NCBI GenBank assembly: GCA_951406725.2
Contig: OX597814.1
Location: 205,716,001-205,780,000 of the forward strand
Origin: Octopus vulgaris
Lineage: Eukaryota
DNA: 64,000 nucleotides
Reading direction: 5' to 3'
The notes under the pieces were generated by a model. That model did not search any database. It worked only from the letters and a program-made list of their open reading frames with translations, and was not told the origin of the DNA. This document shows, piece by piece, positions 1 to 13,213 of the stretch (the first letter of the stretch is position 1; the number at the start of each line of letters is the position of its first letter). Made by a program: the position numbers and the translations under genes.

Positions 1-56
1 ATATTGATAAATATACGAGTGCATATATGTTTCCTTGACCTTTGGATTTTCAGACG

Positions 57-105
<49 letters not shown>

Positions 106-107
<2 letters not shown>

Positions 108-310
108 TACAAAATTAGAAAATGGAGAAACATACTTAAATCAATCAAACATCAACCATCAGATGATACCCAAACAATACTTTATTACACCATTACATAA
201 CAGTAAAGGCATTATACAAAATATATTGTAAATATAATTAGACAAGGAAATAGAAATATAAAATATAAAATATAATATGTAATTATATCATATCTGACAG
301 CTGTTTCGGC
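106..310 (-). mobile_element. Truncated copy of the HHR-bearing non-coding element at 5737-7407, ending in a half hammerhead (GCCGAAACAGCUGUC)
   Basis: 106-215 aligns by eye with 5737-5845 (actacaaaattaga..atggagaaacatacttaaatca); 296-310 is the reverse complement of GCC-GAAA-CAGCUG-UC; bounded by (TA)n on both sides. Confidence 0.65.
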
Positions 311-449
311 AATAAGGATATATATATATATATATAAATATATAAATTCAGGGTGAGTACTTGATAATTGTAAGCACCTGTATATACCGTTCGGTGGTGT
401 AGGTGGTGGAGTAAATTAATCAAAATAAAAATATGATGCCAAGGATTCA

Positions 450-527
450 GCGGTACATATGTTTCGGGCCTTTATTAGACGGATTTATAACAATGCATAA
501 TGTGTGTCTATGGCCTTCTTCAGCCGC
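450..527 (-). ncRNA. Type I hammerhead ribozyme motif
   Basis: Minus strand reads GCGG-CUGAAGA-AGGCC...GGCCC-GAAA-CAUAUG-UA-CCGC; stem I GCGG/CCGC, stem II GGCC/GGCC, palindromic stem III. Confidence 0.8.
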
Positions 528-598
528 GCACAATTACTACTTCAAGGACATGTATTACATCAAAAATTCTACGTTGGGGATTCATATATATATATATT

Positions 599-668
<70 letters not shown>

Positions 669-676
669 TGTATATA

Positions 677-2348
677 CTAGCAGAGTTACCCGGCGTTGCC
701 CGTGTTACATACAATTGAAGAATTAGACTTTTTGTAATATTTTCTGTAATGAACTGGAATACCTATGTTTCGAATTTCATCAAAATTACAGATGAGGGTT
801 ATTTCCCTCTTTACACACCCTAAAAAATTGTAATCGTGCCACATGTATCCCATACTACTGATTTTTATGCGCATATTCCAAAATTCCAGTCTTATAGAAC
901 CTGTTAAAAGGATTTTGCTCCTGTAAAATGGAGCTCACGGAGCTCTAAAATATTAAGGCCCCTATTGGGGATGGGTGTCTTAATGTCAACCAGAGAAGTT
1001 GAACTTTTGAGAATCTTTTTTACTTGGGTCTTATATGTACAGCTTGAATTTCTTTGAAATAGGAAATATATGTTCACTGGATTTGTAGAAGGGAGCAAAG
1101 CTACAGGAAACCAAAAGATGAATGATAACAATAAGCAGTCAGCTACAGTACCCTAGTCGTTACCACTCCCAATGTAGGATTCCTCACCATCCAGGTGACA
1201 GGCACAGCCGTAAGATGCATTACGAATCTATAGCAATTGGTAGGGCGTGACCCATCTGAAATAAACATTAACAACTGTGTGACGTGAGGGCTAAGGAGAA
1301 ATGAAAGTGTCACCTCTGGATTTTGCAAATGACCGCTATACTGATACGTAACTGGACAGAATAAATTTACAATCTATAAATGTCTTTGAATAACCAGTCA
1401 CTCATCTGGGAAGACCTTGAAATCAATGTTACCATCTAGGGACTATGTGTGACCCAGTGATAATAAAAAGACTGAAAGGAGGTCTGCAATCAAATAACTT
1501 TACTCCACACTTTGCAACTGAATTAGTGGAAACAAAGATGCCTCTCATTTACTTGACAATTTATGCAGCACATTGCAGAAATCACAATTTAAGTGTATGT
1601 CAAAGCAAACTCTTACACTGTTGTACCATTGAATTACAAATAATGCTTATCTGATATGCTCGGATGGCCCCACAGCTTCCAAGAGCACAACTCCATTCGT
1701 CTTTGCTTAGATAAAATGACTAAATTGTGGGTGTTAAGTCCCCATGAAGGGGTCTTTCTAACTTGTAAGATGAAATTTTATATTACTTCATTTGTATCAA
1801 ATATCTATAGTTAAAATGTCATCAACAGCAAAAATACATGAATTGCCATGGGGGTTATGGCCGTTATGCATAGAATATAATTTCCAAATTTCGTAAAGAT
1901 CCATTCAGTACTTTTGACTTAGTTTTGGATCATAAAAGAAATGACTAAAATTTGGGAGTTAAGGCCCCCATTAGGGTGTCTTAGAATCCTCATGTGAAGT
2001 GGAAACTTTGAGAATACTTCTTGATGTGTGTTAATTACCCATGGCTGAAATTTCATCAACATCGAAAATTTATGAATTTTCACGGGGGTTCTGCCCCCTT
2101 TAAGCCATTTGAAATTCAAGCCAAACATTTTGTATTTTACCTGCACTAATGCATTGAATATAAGTGTCAAATATCATAAGGATCCATTTAGTAATTTTAG
2201 TCCATGAAATTGTATGAAACACACAGCATTACCCTTCTTCCTAGGGTTGGATTTTGTGTTCCAAATTTTATGATGATCGGTGCAGCAGTTTTCGAATGTA
2301 TAAGTGACACACGAACACACATAAAGACATTGACTTTGATATAAAAGA
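677..2348 (-). mobile_element. Non-autonomous Helitron-like element
   Basis: Minus strand starts A^TC (2348) and ends CTAG^T (677), with a GGC-AAC-GCC hairpin about 10 nt before CTAG; internal repeated module ttaaggcccc..gggtgtc at about 955 and 1960; no Rep/helicase ORF seen. Confidence 0.5.
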
Positions 2349-2361
2349 TATGAATGTGCAC

Positions 2362-2474
<113 letters not shown>

Positions 2475-2749
2475 TGCGTGTATGTTTGTGTCAATTATAT
2501 ATATATATAGAAACACACACACAAAGATAAATTGATAGATACACCTGAGTGGGCAAACAAAAATATGAGATAGCCTAGTGCTTTTTTCATGTTGATAAGC
2601 CTACTATTTATTCTATTAGTTTGTTCTTGTGAAACCAGTAAGTTATGGGGATGTAAATAAACGAACAGCAGTTGTGAAGCAGTGATGAGGGCGAAACACA
2701 GAAATAAAGTCACACACATACACTTACATATATACATACATATATATAC

Positions 2750-2910
2750 GATTGATTTCTTTCAGTTTCTGTCTACGAAATCCACTGACAAGGCTTTGGT
2801 TGGTGTGAGATTATAGCAGAAGATATATGCCAAGTCACCACACAGTGGGACTGAACCTAGGACCATGTGATTTGGAACCAAGTGTGTTACCACACAGCCA
2901 CACCCGCACT
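2750..2910 (-). mobile_element. tRNA-derived SINE fragment (same family as 41611-42025)
   Basis: Reverse complement contains gtggctgtgtggtaa...ggttcagtcccactg...gtggattt..tagacagaaactgaaagaa. Confidence 0.7.
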
Positions 2911-3012
2911 ATGTACGTGTTTGTGTATATGTGTATGGGTGTATATATGTATGTATGTATATATGTGTATATATGTGTGTGTACATATTACATGTATATA
3001 TATATATATATA

Positions 3013-3801
3013 ATCAACTAAAAAGGGTGAGAAAATTGGATACTAATTTAATAGTACATCCATTTAACACCAAGTGGCTTAGTGTTTAAAAAACCTGGAT
3101 TTCGATAAATTTTTACATAAATATAAGAGAGTAATCACTATGTGGTCGACTCTAGCACTAAAAATAGATCCGCTAGGTTTCAGCCACAAAGAATTGTTTC
3201 CGATGAAAGTTAGCACAAGTACTAGCGCAAACGAACAAGGCAAATAAAAATAACAAAAATACCACATAGTGGTTACTCTCTTATATTTATGCATAAAATT
3301 TATCGAAATCCAGGTTTTTTATGCACTAAGCCACTTGGTGTTAAATGGATGTACTATTAAATTAGTATCCAATTTTCTCACCCTTATTAGTTGATTGTAA
3401 TTATACTACATATAATTTTGGATGTATTATCTGTTTCCGTGAATTTTGGCAGGCTGTGGAAGGGGCACTTGAATTATAACAGCGAATGCAATCGACCGAA
3501 CCGCACGTGTGTTTATCGTTATGGTAAAATCTAGCGTGCGGTTGAGTAAATTGTATTCTGGACCGTTTCGGCTGAAGAGCTACAGATATGTTATGTGAGT
3601 AAAATTACATAATTTATTAATAGCGAAACAATTGTCCTGAATTAATCTGCATTTTTGTTATTTTTATTTACCTTGTTCGTTTGCGCTAGTAGTCGTGCTA
3701 ACTTTCATCGGAAACAATTCTTTGTGGCTGAAACCTAGCGGATCTATTTTTAGTGCTAGATTCGACCACATAGTGGTTACTCTCTTATATTTATGTATAA
3801 A

Positions 3802-3805
<4 letters not shown>
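3013..3805. mobile_element. Retrozyme-like HHR element: 504-nt unit with partial tandem repeat plus an inverted partial copy, between (TA)n tracts
   Basis: accacatagtggttactctc at 3261 recurs at 3765; 3013-3260 is the reverse complement of 3651-3764 joined to 3261-3395; HHR at 3567-3641. Confidence 0.75.
3567..3641 (+). ncRNA. Type I hammerhead ribozyme motif
   Basis: UUCGG-CUGAAGA-GCUA...UAGC-GAAA-CAAUUG-UC-CUGAA; canonical core, 5-bp stem I, 4-bp stem II base, palindromic stem III. Confidence 0.88.
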
Positions 3806-3884
<79 letters not shown>

Positions 3885-4099
3885 TACACATATACATGTA
3901 TACATATACATCTATAACTATAGAAATACTCAGTTGTATCTATCAATTTATCTTTGTGTGTGGGCCACTGTTTCATCGAATGCAAAGAGTTCTGAGGTTC
4001 AAATTTTCTTTATTTGGCTGTGATAGTCTTTTGTGGCATGTGTTTTGTTACAGGTGCCAATATAAGATATGTATTCATGCACCCCCAGATATCAGTAAT

Positions 4100-4585
4100 A
4101 TTCCTCATCAGATATAGAGGAATCAATTAAATGATTGACGGAAATGTTGTTGGTCTGGTTTATAGTTTTACCCCTTTTCACAACCTTATAACATTTATCC
4201 TGACCAAACTCCAACCCTACTTCCTTTGAGAATGTCGTAACTAGGCCAAGGCTTTTTTTTTCATCTCATACACATTCATGGCATATAGTTTGAAACCAAC
4301 CACAAAGAAACAGTGTGTAGTTTTGGTATGTCTGTTTCCTTGTGAACCAGTGAGATATTCCTCAGACTTCCTTAACATGAATGACGAGGGTTTTACAGAA
4401 AGTATAAACAACATCACAGAAAGGCTGTCCCATTGGAATATGCCTTTGCCATACTGTATTCTGCCAATGATAATACAGTCACTGTTTGTGTTTAATTTCA
4501 AGATGGCGGCCCTCGATGAAGTCAGGTTAGTTATGGCTTTCACTATGTTCACTGCAACTTTAGTAAGATGAACGGATCCTAACAT
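4100..4585 (-). mobile_element. Degenerate RT fragment of the (TACA)n-associated R4-like LINE family
   Basis: ORF 4241-4639 contains GKGIFQWDSLSVMLFILSVKP (RT QGD-LS motif), near-identical to the 23540-23800 region; abuts (TATG)n. Confidence 0.7.
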
Positions 4586-4602
4586 GTATGTATGTATGTA
4601 TG

Positions 4603-4800
4603 TTTGCGCTGTGTTTGTGCCCTCATCACCGTTTGACAACCGGTGTTGGTGCGTTTCCGTCCCCGTTACTTAACGGTTTCGCAAAAAGACGGTTAAAAAT
4701 AAGCACCAGACTAAAATGTAAGCCCTGGGATCGATTTGCTCGACTAAAACACTTCAGCGCGGTGCTCCAGCATGGCTGAAACAAGTAAAAGAATAAACGA
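4603..4800 (+). mobile_element. SINE 3' half
   Basis: Matches 41820-42025 (cgtccccgttactta.cggttt.gcaaaa...gatttgctcgactaaa..gcggtgctccagcatggc). Confidence 0.65.
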
Positions 4801-5480
4801 ATGGAGAATAGCGGGACTTCGGAAAATGTAAGAATAAAAATGATATAAGAGATTCAAGGAGGGAGCAAACGCTGGGAAATGGGAAGCAGACTGAGGTGCT
4901 TGAGCACGCATGCGCACACACACGAGCGCATACACACACTTACATTCACAACACACATATACATACATACAGACACACAGACAAACGCGAACATCTTAAT
5001 ATTGCAATGATAGCCACTGATCTGGAAGAGAGAGAGAGAGAGACGTCTTTTTACTATGAGGCTTCATGTATCATTAGCCTAGAACAATACGGAATGCATT
5101 GGATAGGACAATATGGAGAGTATAGACTATCAACTCCCACCATCACTCTCATCCACCTCCCTCTATCTTCTCTCATACTTCTCTATTTAGTAATCTCCGT
5201 CAGCCACTGGACCAGTCAACTTACTCCTCCCAAATAATGGCCATTCTCTTTTCTCGCTATCCCAACAATTACCACCAACACAACCCTCCTCTCTTCCACC
5301 TCTACTACTATTACTCCCTACTAGTCTCTTTATTAACCCCTAACACTTGAAATTTATTTTCTCCTCTCACTATTCCCTATCTGAATACCTCCCCAATTTC
5401 TCCCTCTAAAACACTTGGCTCTCCACGTATTCATTCCATCTTTGAACTTCTTTCCTTTAACATCTCAAATGTAAGATCTC

Positions 5481-5573
5481 ATCGCCGAAGATGGAGGCTC
5501 ATCTCATTCTACGATGGAATCAATCTACAAATATTATTTTGGACCACCGACTCCCCAGAAACAGCTGTTGGAT
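5481..5573 (+). ncRNA. Variant hammerhead motif (CCGAAGA core)
   Basis: AUCG-CCGAAGA-UGG...CCA-GAAA-CAGCUG-UU-GGAU; stem I has one mismatch; element runs into ttttcaccc..(TA)n at 5710. Confidence 0.55.
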
Positions 5574-5937
5574 TTGTAATACTTTATTCAACATCTTTAA
5601 TTCTCTGTATCATTTGCATTCTGTGTGTCAGATATACATATATGCAATTTTTGTATTTCATGTATTTAATATACTTTATATTTTCACCCGTCTAACATGC
5701 TTATCCCTCATATATATATATATATATATATATATAACTACAAAATTAGAGAATGGAGAAACATACTTAAATCAGTAAAACATCAACTATCCGATGATAT
5801 TCAATCCATACTTTAATACACCATTACATATGAGTAAAGGCAATAATTAAAATGAAATGAGATACACAGTAATAGTAAAAGTAAAAAGATAAAGAGATAT
5901 AAGTAAAAAATTTCAAATATAATATGCAAATAAATCA

Positions 5938-6050
5938 AAACTGACAGCTGTTTCGGCAGTGAGGACAGTCATACCTCATTTAACCTATAAGCCATAAAGG
6001 CAGGTATAAATGAGGCATTAACAAGGATGCCCCACGGCCTCTTCAGAGAA
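5938..6050 (-). ncRNA. Hammerhead ribozyme motif (left arm of palindrome)
   Basis: Reverse complement of 6926-7038. Confidence 0.75.
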
Positions 6051-6286
6051 TTAAATTAAATTTGTTATAATAGTGAAAAATATTATATAATCATATACAT
6101 ATAAATATAAAAATATAAAAATGTAAAATATAAAAACTTATACATCATAATGCTACACTTATATAATATAATACACATTTGTACAAAAAGGAAGGTAAAC
6201 AGAACAAAATAAAACAAAATATATAACAGTGTATATATTAATATTAATAAGTACCGATATTATACATATTTGGCTAATAGTTTTTT

Positions 6287-6322
<36 letters not shown>

Positions 6323-6410
6323 GCTAACACATATGGAGATGAAAAATAATAATTAAATCCGTGGTACAGTTCATAAAATTCTAAAGCTATAAAAGTTAAT
6401 AAAAATTACT

Positions 6411-6460
<50 letters not shown>

Positions 6461-6535
6461 TAATAATAATAAAAAATACTAAAAATAGATACAGTTAAGT
6501 TAGCACCAAGTCCATCCTTTCAAGATCGAAATAAC

Positions 6536-6566
<31 letters not shown>

Positions 6567-6654
6567 AGTAATTTTTATTAACTTTTATAGCTTTAGAATT
6601 TTATGAACTGTACCACGGATTTAATTATTATTTTTCATCTCCATATGTGTTAGC

Positions 6655-6690
<36 letters not shown>

Positions 6691-6925
6691 AAAAACTATT
6701 AGCCAAATATGTATAATATCGGTACTTATTAATATTAATATATACACTGTTATATATTTTGTTTTATTTTGTTCTGTTTACCTTCCTTTTTGTACAAATG
6801 TGTATTATATTATATAAGTGTAGCATTATGATGTATAAGTTTTTATATTTTACATTTTTATATTTTTATATTTATATGTATATGATTATATAATATTTTT
6901 CACTATTATAACAAATTTAATTTAA

Positions 6926-7038
6926 TTCTCTGAAGAGGCCGTGGGGCATCCTTGTTAATGCCTCATTTATACCTGCCTTTATGGCTTATAGGTTAAATGA
7001 GGTATGACTGTCCTCACTGCCGAAACAGCTGTCAGTTT
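6926..7038 (+). ncRNA. Hammerhead ribozyme motif (right arm of palindrome)
   Basis: CU-CUGAAGA-GGCCGUGGGGCA...UGUCCUCACUGCC-GAAA-CAGCUG-UC-AG; long stem II, short stem I. Confidence 0.75.
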
Positions 7039-7401
7039 TGATTTATTTGCATATTATATTTGAAATTTTTACTTATATCTCTTTATCTTTTTACTTTTAC
7101 TATTACTGTGTATCTCATTTCATTTTATATATTGCCTTTACTCATATGTAATGGTGTATTAAAGTATGGATTGAATATCATCGGATAGTTGATGTTTTAC
7201 TGATTTAAGTATGTTTCTCCATTCTCTAATTTTGTAGTATTAATTTACGGTAATATTATTACCTTTACCCATTTAATACAATAGATGAACTGATTGCTTG
7301 ACAATTTTTAACATCTATGTATTAATTTTGTTGGGTACCTATCTAGCAGTATATTGGATATATATTATCCCATGGTGGGTTCAAATTTTCAACCCCTATC
7401 T

Positions 7402-7444
<43 letters not shown>

Positions 7445-7450
7445 TCCATA

Positions 7451-7493
<43 letters not shown>

Positions 7494-8049
7494 TAATAAA
7501 TAAATAAAACATATGCATATATACATACATATATGTAAGTACCTACCTCTACATGTATATATACATGCATATATGGGTACAGGACACCAAAAAAAAAAAA
7601 ACGTCGAACACAATGAGAAACGAAAACATAAACACAAAACCAAGGAAATGGACATTTTTCTTAGACAACGAAAAAAGTACAGGACATACTAAACAAGGAA
7701 AATTTGCCTTCTTCAGTCGCCTTTGTTTCATCTACTCCACGTTTCGAAAGTCAAGGCGATACATGACTTTATGAAACTTTCCTTCCCGCGAAAATCAAAT
7801 TAAATAAAATTTGAGATTTTTCTGCGGAGGGGTAAAAATGGTAACAAAAACAGGACAGTAACGACAGTACAAAATATAAACAGTAAAAGACAGGACACGG
7901 AGAATAACAGTAACACAAACAAGAAGGGCTGTTAAGCTGAACGAGATAAATTTTTTTACAAACGCTATTTTTTGAGAACAGCGAGGGAGCAACAGGTTTG
8001 CCGTCTCTACTTGAAGGTAGCCAGGAGAAGAAAGACAGTAGTAGCCTTC

Positions 8050-8132
<83 letters not shown>

Positions 8133-8172
8133 ATAAGTATACATAAATATATATATATATATATATATATAC

Positions 8173-8230
<58 letters not shown>

Positions 8231-8437
8231 ATTGAGTAGATAAATGAATTATCTTATTACGGATAATTCAAATGATAACCGATACCTGGGTAGCAAAAAC
8301 CACAACAGAAAAAGCACGGTTGAGGTTACGACCATGGGGCCTAAACTCCGTGCCTTAGTGCGGAAATTTGAAGTTTTATATATTTAGTGTAGGAAGAAAT
8401 GGAGCTGAACGAAGATTTAACAAAATTCCTTTTTATT

Positions 8438-8523
8438 ATTTTCTACATATGTTTCAAAGGCTGCAAAGTCTCTAATTCGGATTGAATAAGGAGTCCATTT
8501 TGCAGCCTTCTCTTCAGGAAAAT
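8438..8523 (-). ncRNA. Type I hammerhead ribozyme in the 3' region of the Penelope element
   Basis: AUUUUC-CUGAAGA-GAAGGCUGCAAA...UUUGCAGCCUUU-GAAA-CAUAUG-UA-GAAAAU; 6-bp stem I, 12-bp stem II, same strand as the ORF, about 600 nt past the stop codon. Confidence 0.92.
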
Positions 8524-9115
8524 CCAGGAACTTAATTCTCCAACAAAATGCACAGCAAGCTTTTCAACAAACGCTCACGAGGAGCCCATGGAATAAATGG
8601 CACAAACTGTCTATCTATATGCGTTGACGCCAGGCTGGGTGAAAGCAGACGAGAAGGTCCGTTGAGATAATTCAAGGTCAAAATCCGGTTAGCAGAAGGG
8701 TAGTACAAGAAAATCAAAGAGTGTGAATGTATTCTGTATGACTGGTGTTAATATTTGAATTATTTTAAGAATGAGTGCTAGAGAGTTTGAGTGTGAGAAA
8801 TTGCTTTCATGTATGTATGTGTGCGTGTATGTATGTGTTGCAGTGTGTTTCGAAGGCAGCAAGAGAGAGAGATATAGCAGGTATTAATGGTCAAGCAACA
8901 GAAAAGACTGTGTCTGTGTGTTCGTCTGTAACCACTTGATAGAGAGAGGGGGTGTCCACAATGGTCATGGCAGGATACAGTGCTGCTGTCAGGGATGTCA
9001 GCAGTTCTAGACAACTAACAGTTCTTATACTAACAGGGGAGTGATATCTCATTACAAATTAAATTCAAATTTTTTCAATTTTCTTAGGAAATCAAGGGGT
9101 TAACTATATTAGACT

Positions 9116-9870
9116 TCATTGGTATGAGAGAAATGTATGCCGTTTCCAGTGGGGGCATCTGAAAGAATTTTGCACAATCGAGTTAACAAGGTGCCCTCGG
9201 GCGAACAGAATATGAAAGAGTTCCGAGTTACAAAGAGCACAGATTTTTTTGCCCTTATCAAACGGTAAAAACACCGATAAAATTGACCATTCCAGTCTAA
9301 AAGTTGAATTCGCGTTCTTCAAACGCCAGACTAATTTGCTTAGCCCCGTAGCGTGTTGCTTTTCCTTATCACGGAACGTGGAAAAATGATTCGATATTCT
9401 AACAGCCAATTTCGATGATGAAGCTCCGATATAAATGTAGACATCTGAATCAGTATAAACTCTGCACTGGTAAATGGCGTTTCTAATCTTGGAGTTACTA
9501 GATAAGAACCTTAATCTATTGGGATTGGTTTCCGATATTAATACAGCGTTCTTATTACTATGATGATTGTAAAAACTACCGCTGGATTCGATATTATTCA
9601 CGCCATTATCATTACTATTTAAGGCAATATCACCTGCATATTCCCTGTTACTGTGAATGCTGTGATTGATAATGTCCGTAATACTACTGTTGTTAAACCC
9701 GCTGCTAATATTATTGTTGGGACTCCCTACATTAATGACGAGATCAGTGCTCTTATCCTTATTACCATTACTTACTCCCCCTACGTTAATGACGAGATCA
9801 TTGCTTTTATCCTTATTACTATTACTAACTCCAATGTTGGTATGGAGGTTGCTAATATCTGTGCCAGTTC

Positions 9871-9954
<84 letters not shown>

Positions 9955-11686
9955 TGCGCGTTATGTTGGAATTAGACGGAGCAGAGTCTCCGCTCATGGG
10001 TGAGAGGGTCTTATTTAGCAGCTTATTGTTATGGGAGGAAATTATCTGTGAAAGATTTTTAGTATTGGAGAAGGCTATCCTAACTTTGTGTGAATTTACA
10101 GTGGAGTAATATCTGGAATTTCTGGGAAAATTTCTGGCAATTGCTTGGCGAAACTGCAACGGTAGGTTAGATCTTATTTGTTTACCAAAGGGAATTACAA
10201 ACCAAATATAGTTTTTCCTGTTCTTGTACTGGCTCGGAGAGTCAACTCTAACATTAAGGTGGGTATCTCTGGGTTGAATAATGGGTTTTGGCCTACGATG
10301 GCCTCCCCTGGACCGCAAATTATTTATGTTATCTATATTTATGCTAGTTGTACTTGTATCGACATTCCTCAGGCTACCATCACTACTTATATTATTTATG
10401 TTATTGTAACTTGACTTATCGTGATGATAGAATGCTGGTTTCGGAAGGGCCGGGTCTATATATGCTACCTTCTCCCAATAACCGGCTTTTGACAGGGCGG
10501 CATTATAAAATTCTGCTTTCTGCCTAAAAATGTCGACGTTGGCAGATAAATTTGTTAATCTTTTTTTAACTAAATTGTCTGTTATAGTTTTTGCGTGGTT
10601 AGAGAAAACACTGACATACTTTAAGTTAGTGGAAGGTTTGTGGTAGGGGCAGTAAGAATCGCTATGCAGGTTTAGTGTGACATCTAAGAAATTAGCCTTG
10701 GTAAGTTCGTTATCAAAAACTATGCTCATGCCCATCCTATTAAAGAACCTAGCTAATCTACTTTTAGTTTTCTGTATCATTCTATTCGGGGTGTTCTGTA
10801 GGTAAAACAGACAATCGTCACGATATAGGCCGCCTCCGATGTCCGGGAATTGGTCGGATAATTCATAGAGAATATAGATTCCGACCAAATCGGCAATCTG
10901 GGCGCTATCTGAACTTCCCATAGGTACATCGAACTCGTTGGGAGTATCCTTACGAACCCATAACTTGTCTTCAAACTGTATAAAGGATTTTCTGGCGACT
11001 AGAATTATATCAATTTCTTCTCTTGTGAGGCCTGCCTTATTATGTGCATGCCACAGGGCCTTATTGAGTACACTAGGGTTAATCGAGGGGTAGAAATTAG
11101 CAATATCGAACTGAATGAACTTAGTTCTGTTTTTATTAGGGATAGAAGAGAACCACTTTACGACTTGCGAGGAGTTCGCCCAAAGGTTAAGCTTAAGCTT
11201 ATTAACTAAACTAGGAATGTATTTGTCTAAAATGTACTTACTGATGGAACCGATGTCGGAACTAGAAGGGCATATGAGCCTTAATGCTGGATTGGTGTGG
11301 AAATTTGGTTTGTGGTCCTTAACGATGAATCTAGGTTGTCTTGGGTTAAGCGGTTGTGTTCTCATTTGAAGCCCATAATTTACCATAATTTTCTTAATCT
11401 CCAAGTTAACTCTTCTCATTGTATTCTTATTTGTAGTTCTATAGTTCTTCTGGATCTCTTTCCTGAGTAATTCTAAGTACTGGTTTATAGGTATCTTGTA
11501 AGTGTTCCTTGTTTTGTCAGATTGGACCAGGATTACGTCTGAGCTGTTGATATCCTTAGTAATTTTCCCTAGGTATCTGAGGTGTTTATTCCAACGGGGC
11601 GACTTCCTGAATTTAATGCTCCTTACAATGCCCCATAAGTCGTCCTCAAATTTCTTCAGTCTGGGGTTAGGTGGTGGCGTCTCCAT
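9116..11686 (-). CDS. Penelope-like reverse transcriptase / GIY-YIG endonuclease (856 aa, Asn-rich linker)
   Basis: Motifs SDKT, KDHK..RLI, FDIANFYPSI, VPMGS, LYRDD, FLDVTL; C-terminal AIYQC..IYIG, CxxCxxE and CPH; frame stays open upstream to the (TA)n tract, so the N-terminus is probably truncated. Confidence 0.92.
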
Positions 11687-11752
11687 CGACTTGAAAAGCT
11701 TCTTATATTCAGATGATGTTACGGACCGGTTCTGTTTTAAATCCTCGTTATC

Positions 11753-11825
<73 letters not shown>

Positions 11826-13120
11826 CTGAGAGCGAGATATTCACATTGGCGGCGGATACAGGAGTTCTGAAAATATATTTTCCAAATACAGTACTTACTA
11901 GATGTAGAGATGCGCTGGATTCAGGATGGAGACGGCAAAAACGGCTGTGGCACCGAGGATATGTATATAATCTTTTATTCTTTTACTTGTTTAAATCATT
12001 TCACTGCGGCCATACAGCAGCACCGTCTTCTTGATGAGTGTGTGTTTGTTTGCTTGTGTGTCAGTGTCTGTGTATGTGTGTGTGTCTGTGTAAGAGTCTT
12101 TCTAAATATACTTGATATTGTCCCAATGTTTAATGAAAGTTCTTCTAAAATTTTATTGTGTCTGAGTTTTACTCATTCTCTTTTAGTGTTTTTTTCATTA
12201 CTTTTGAAAGTTATTAACTGTTTAAAAGTTATTTAGAGAATAGAATGTCACAAAGACTTTGTCTGTATTTTGTATGTAACCGCTTTCGTTGTTGAACTTC
12301 TACAAAACACATGTTCTGGGGTAATGCGTGTAGAGAAAGTTGTTTTTGTTTATGGGGTTGACGATTTCGGGTTTAGCTTCAGATTGAGAAGACTTATGCA
12401 GTGCCTTTCATAGCTGGACATTTTCGTCTTATATTTTGTAAAAAGGGAATATTTTCTGTTTTCCATTTGCACAAATGTTTACATGTTTATTACGTGGACA
12501 ATTTCTAAAAGATGAATTTTTAATTTACTATTTGAGGACGTTCACACGGTTGGTGAAATTTGTTTCTGTTCCTCCAATGTAATTCTCGTCGAATTGTAGG
12601 CAAGTAATGCAGAAGATGTGACGTTTTGTTTTGAAATTCATGTTTGCATTCATTTGCAATTCCTTTAAATTCTTGATTTTGAGGGTTGTTCATTTTTCAA
12701 TTCTTTTGACAGACCCAACAATGAGTCTCAACTGTTTGAGTAATACACATATATACACACACCCTCCCACAACCACACCCTCATTTACACACACAAATAC
12801 GGAAATGCTTTGAGAGAAGTATGACAAAGCGCCCAGAGACATGGATTCCGAGAAGAAAGACAAACAACGTTATAGTCGATATCAAAATAAATTCTTTATT
12901 CGATTCGAAACAAAATAAACAAAAACCTGGATTAAACCAGACATAAAGAAAATATTAAGCAATGAAGAATTGTTATTCAGATTGTACATTTAGATGTATA
13001 TATGTGCGTGCGTGTGTGTGCATGTAAGTCGATAAATGAAATACCAGTGAAATACTGGAGTCGATATAATCGACTAGTGAACGCCCCTCAAATTTCAGGT
13101 TTTATGTCTCCACTAGAAAG

Positions 13121-13189
<69 letters not shown>

Positions 13190-13213
13190 CATTATGATTA
13201 TTATCGATAATTT

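Larger units (their letters stand above)
5737..7238. repeat. Long near-perfect inverted repeat (arms about 710 bp, spacer about 80 bp) carrying one hammerhead per arm
   Basis: 5737-6450 is the reverse complement of 6536-7238, including the poly-A/poly-T runs; the right copy extends to (TA)n at 7408. Confidence 0.95.
8230..11757 (-). mobile_element. Penelope-like retroelement, 5'-truncated, embedded in (TA)n
   Basis: RT plus GIY-YIG ORF, 3' hammerhead, and (TA)n tracts at 8055-8229 and 11758-11822. Confidence 0.9.

Noticed and set aside
2680-2700. GTGATGAGGGCGAAAC
   Set aside because: First core base is wrong and no flanking stems form
7700-7752. Minus-strand GAAAC..GUA followed by CUGAAGA (possible type II hammerhead)
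   Set aside because: Stem I does not form and stem II only pairs in a shifted register
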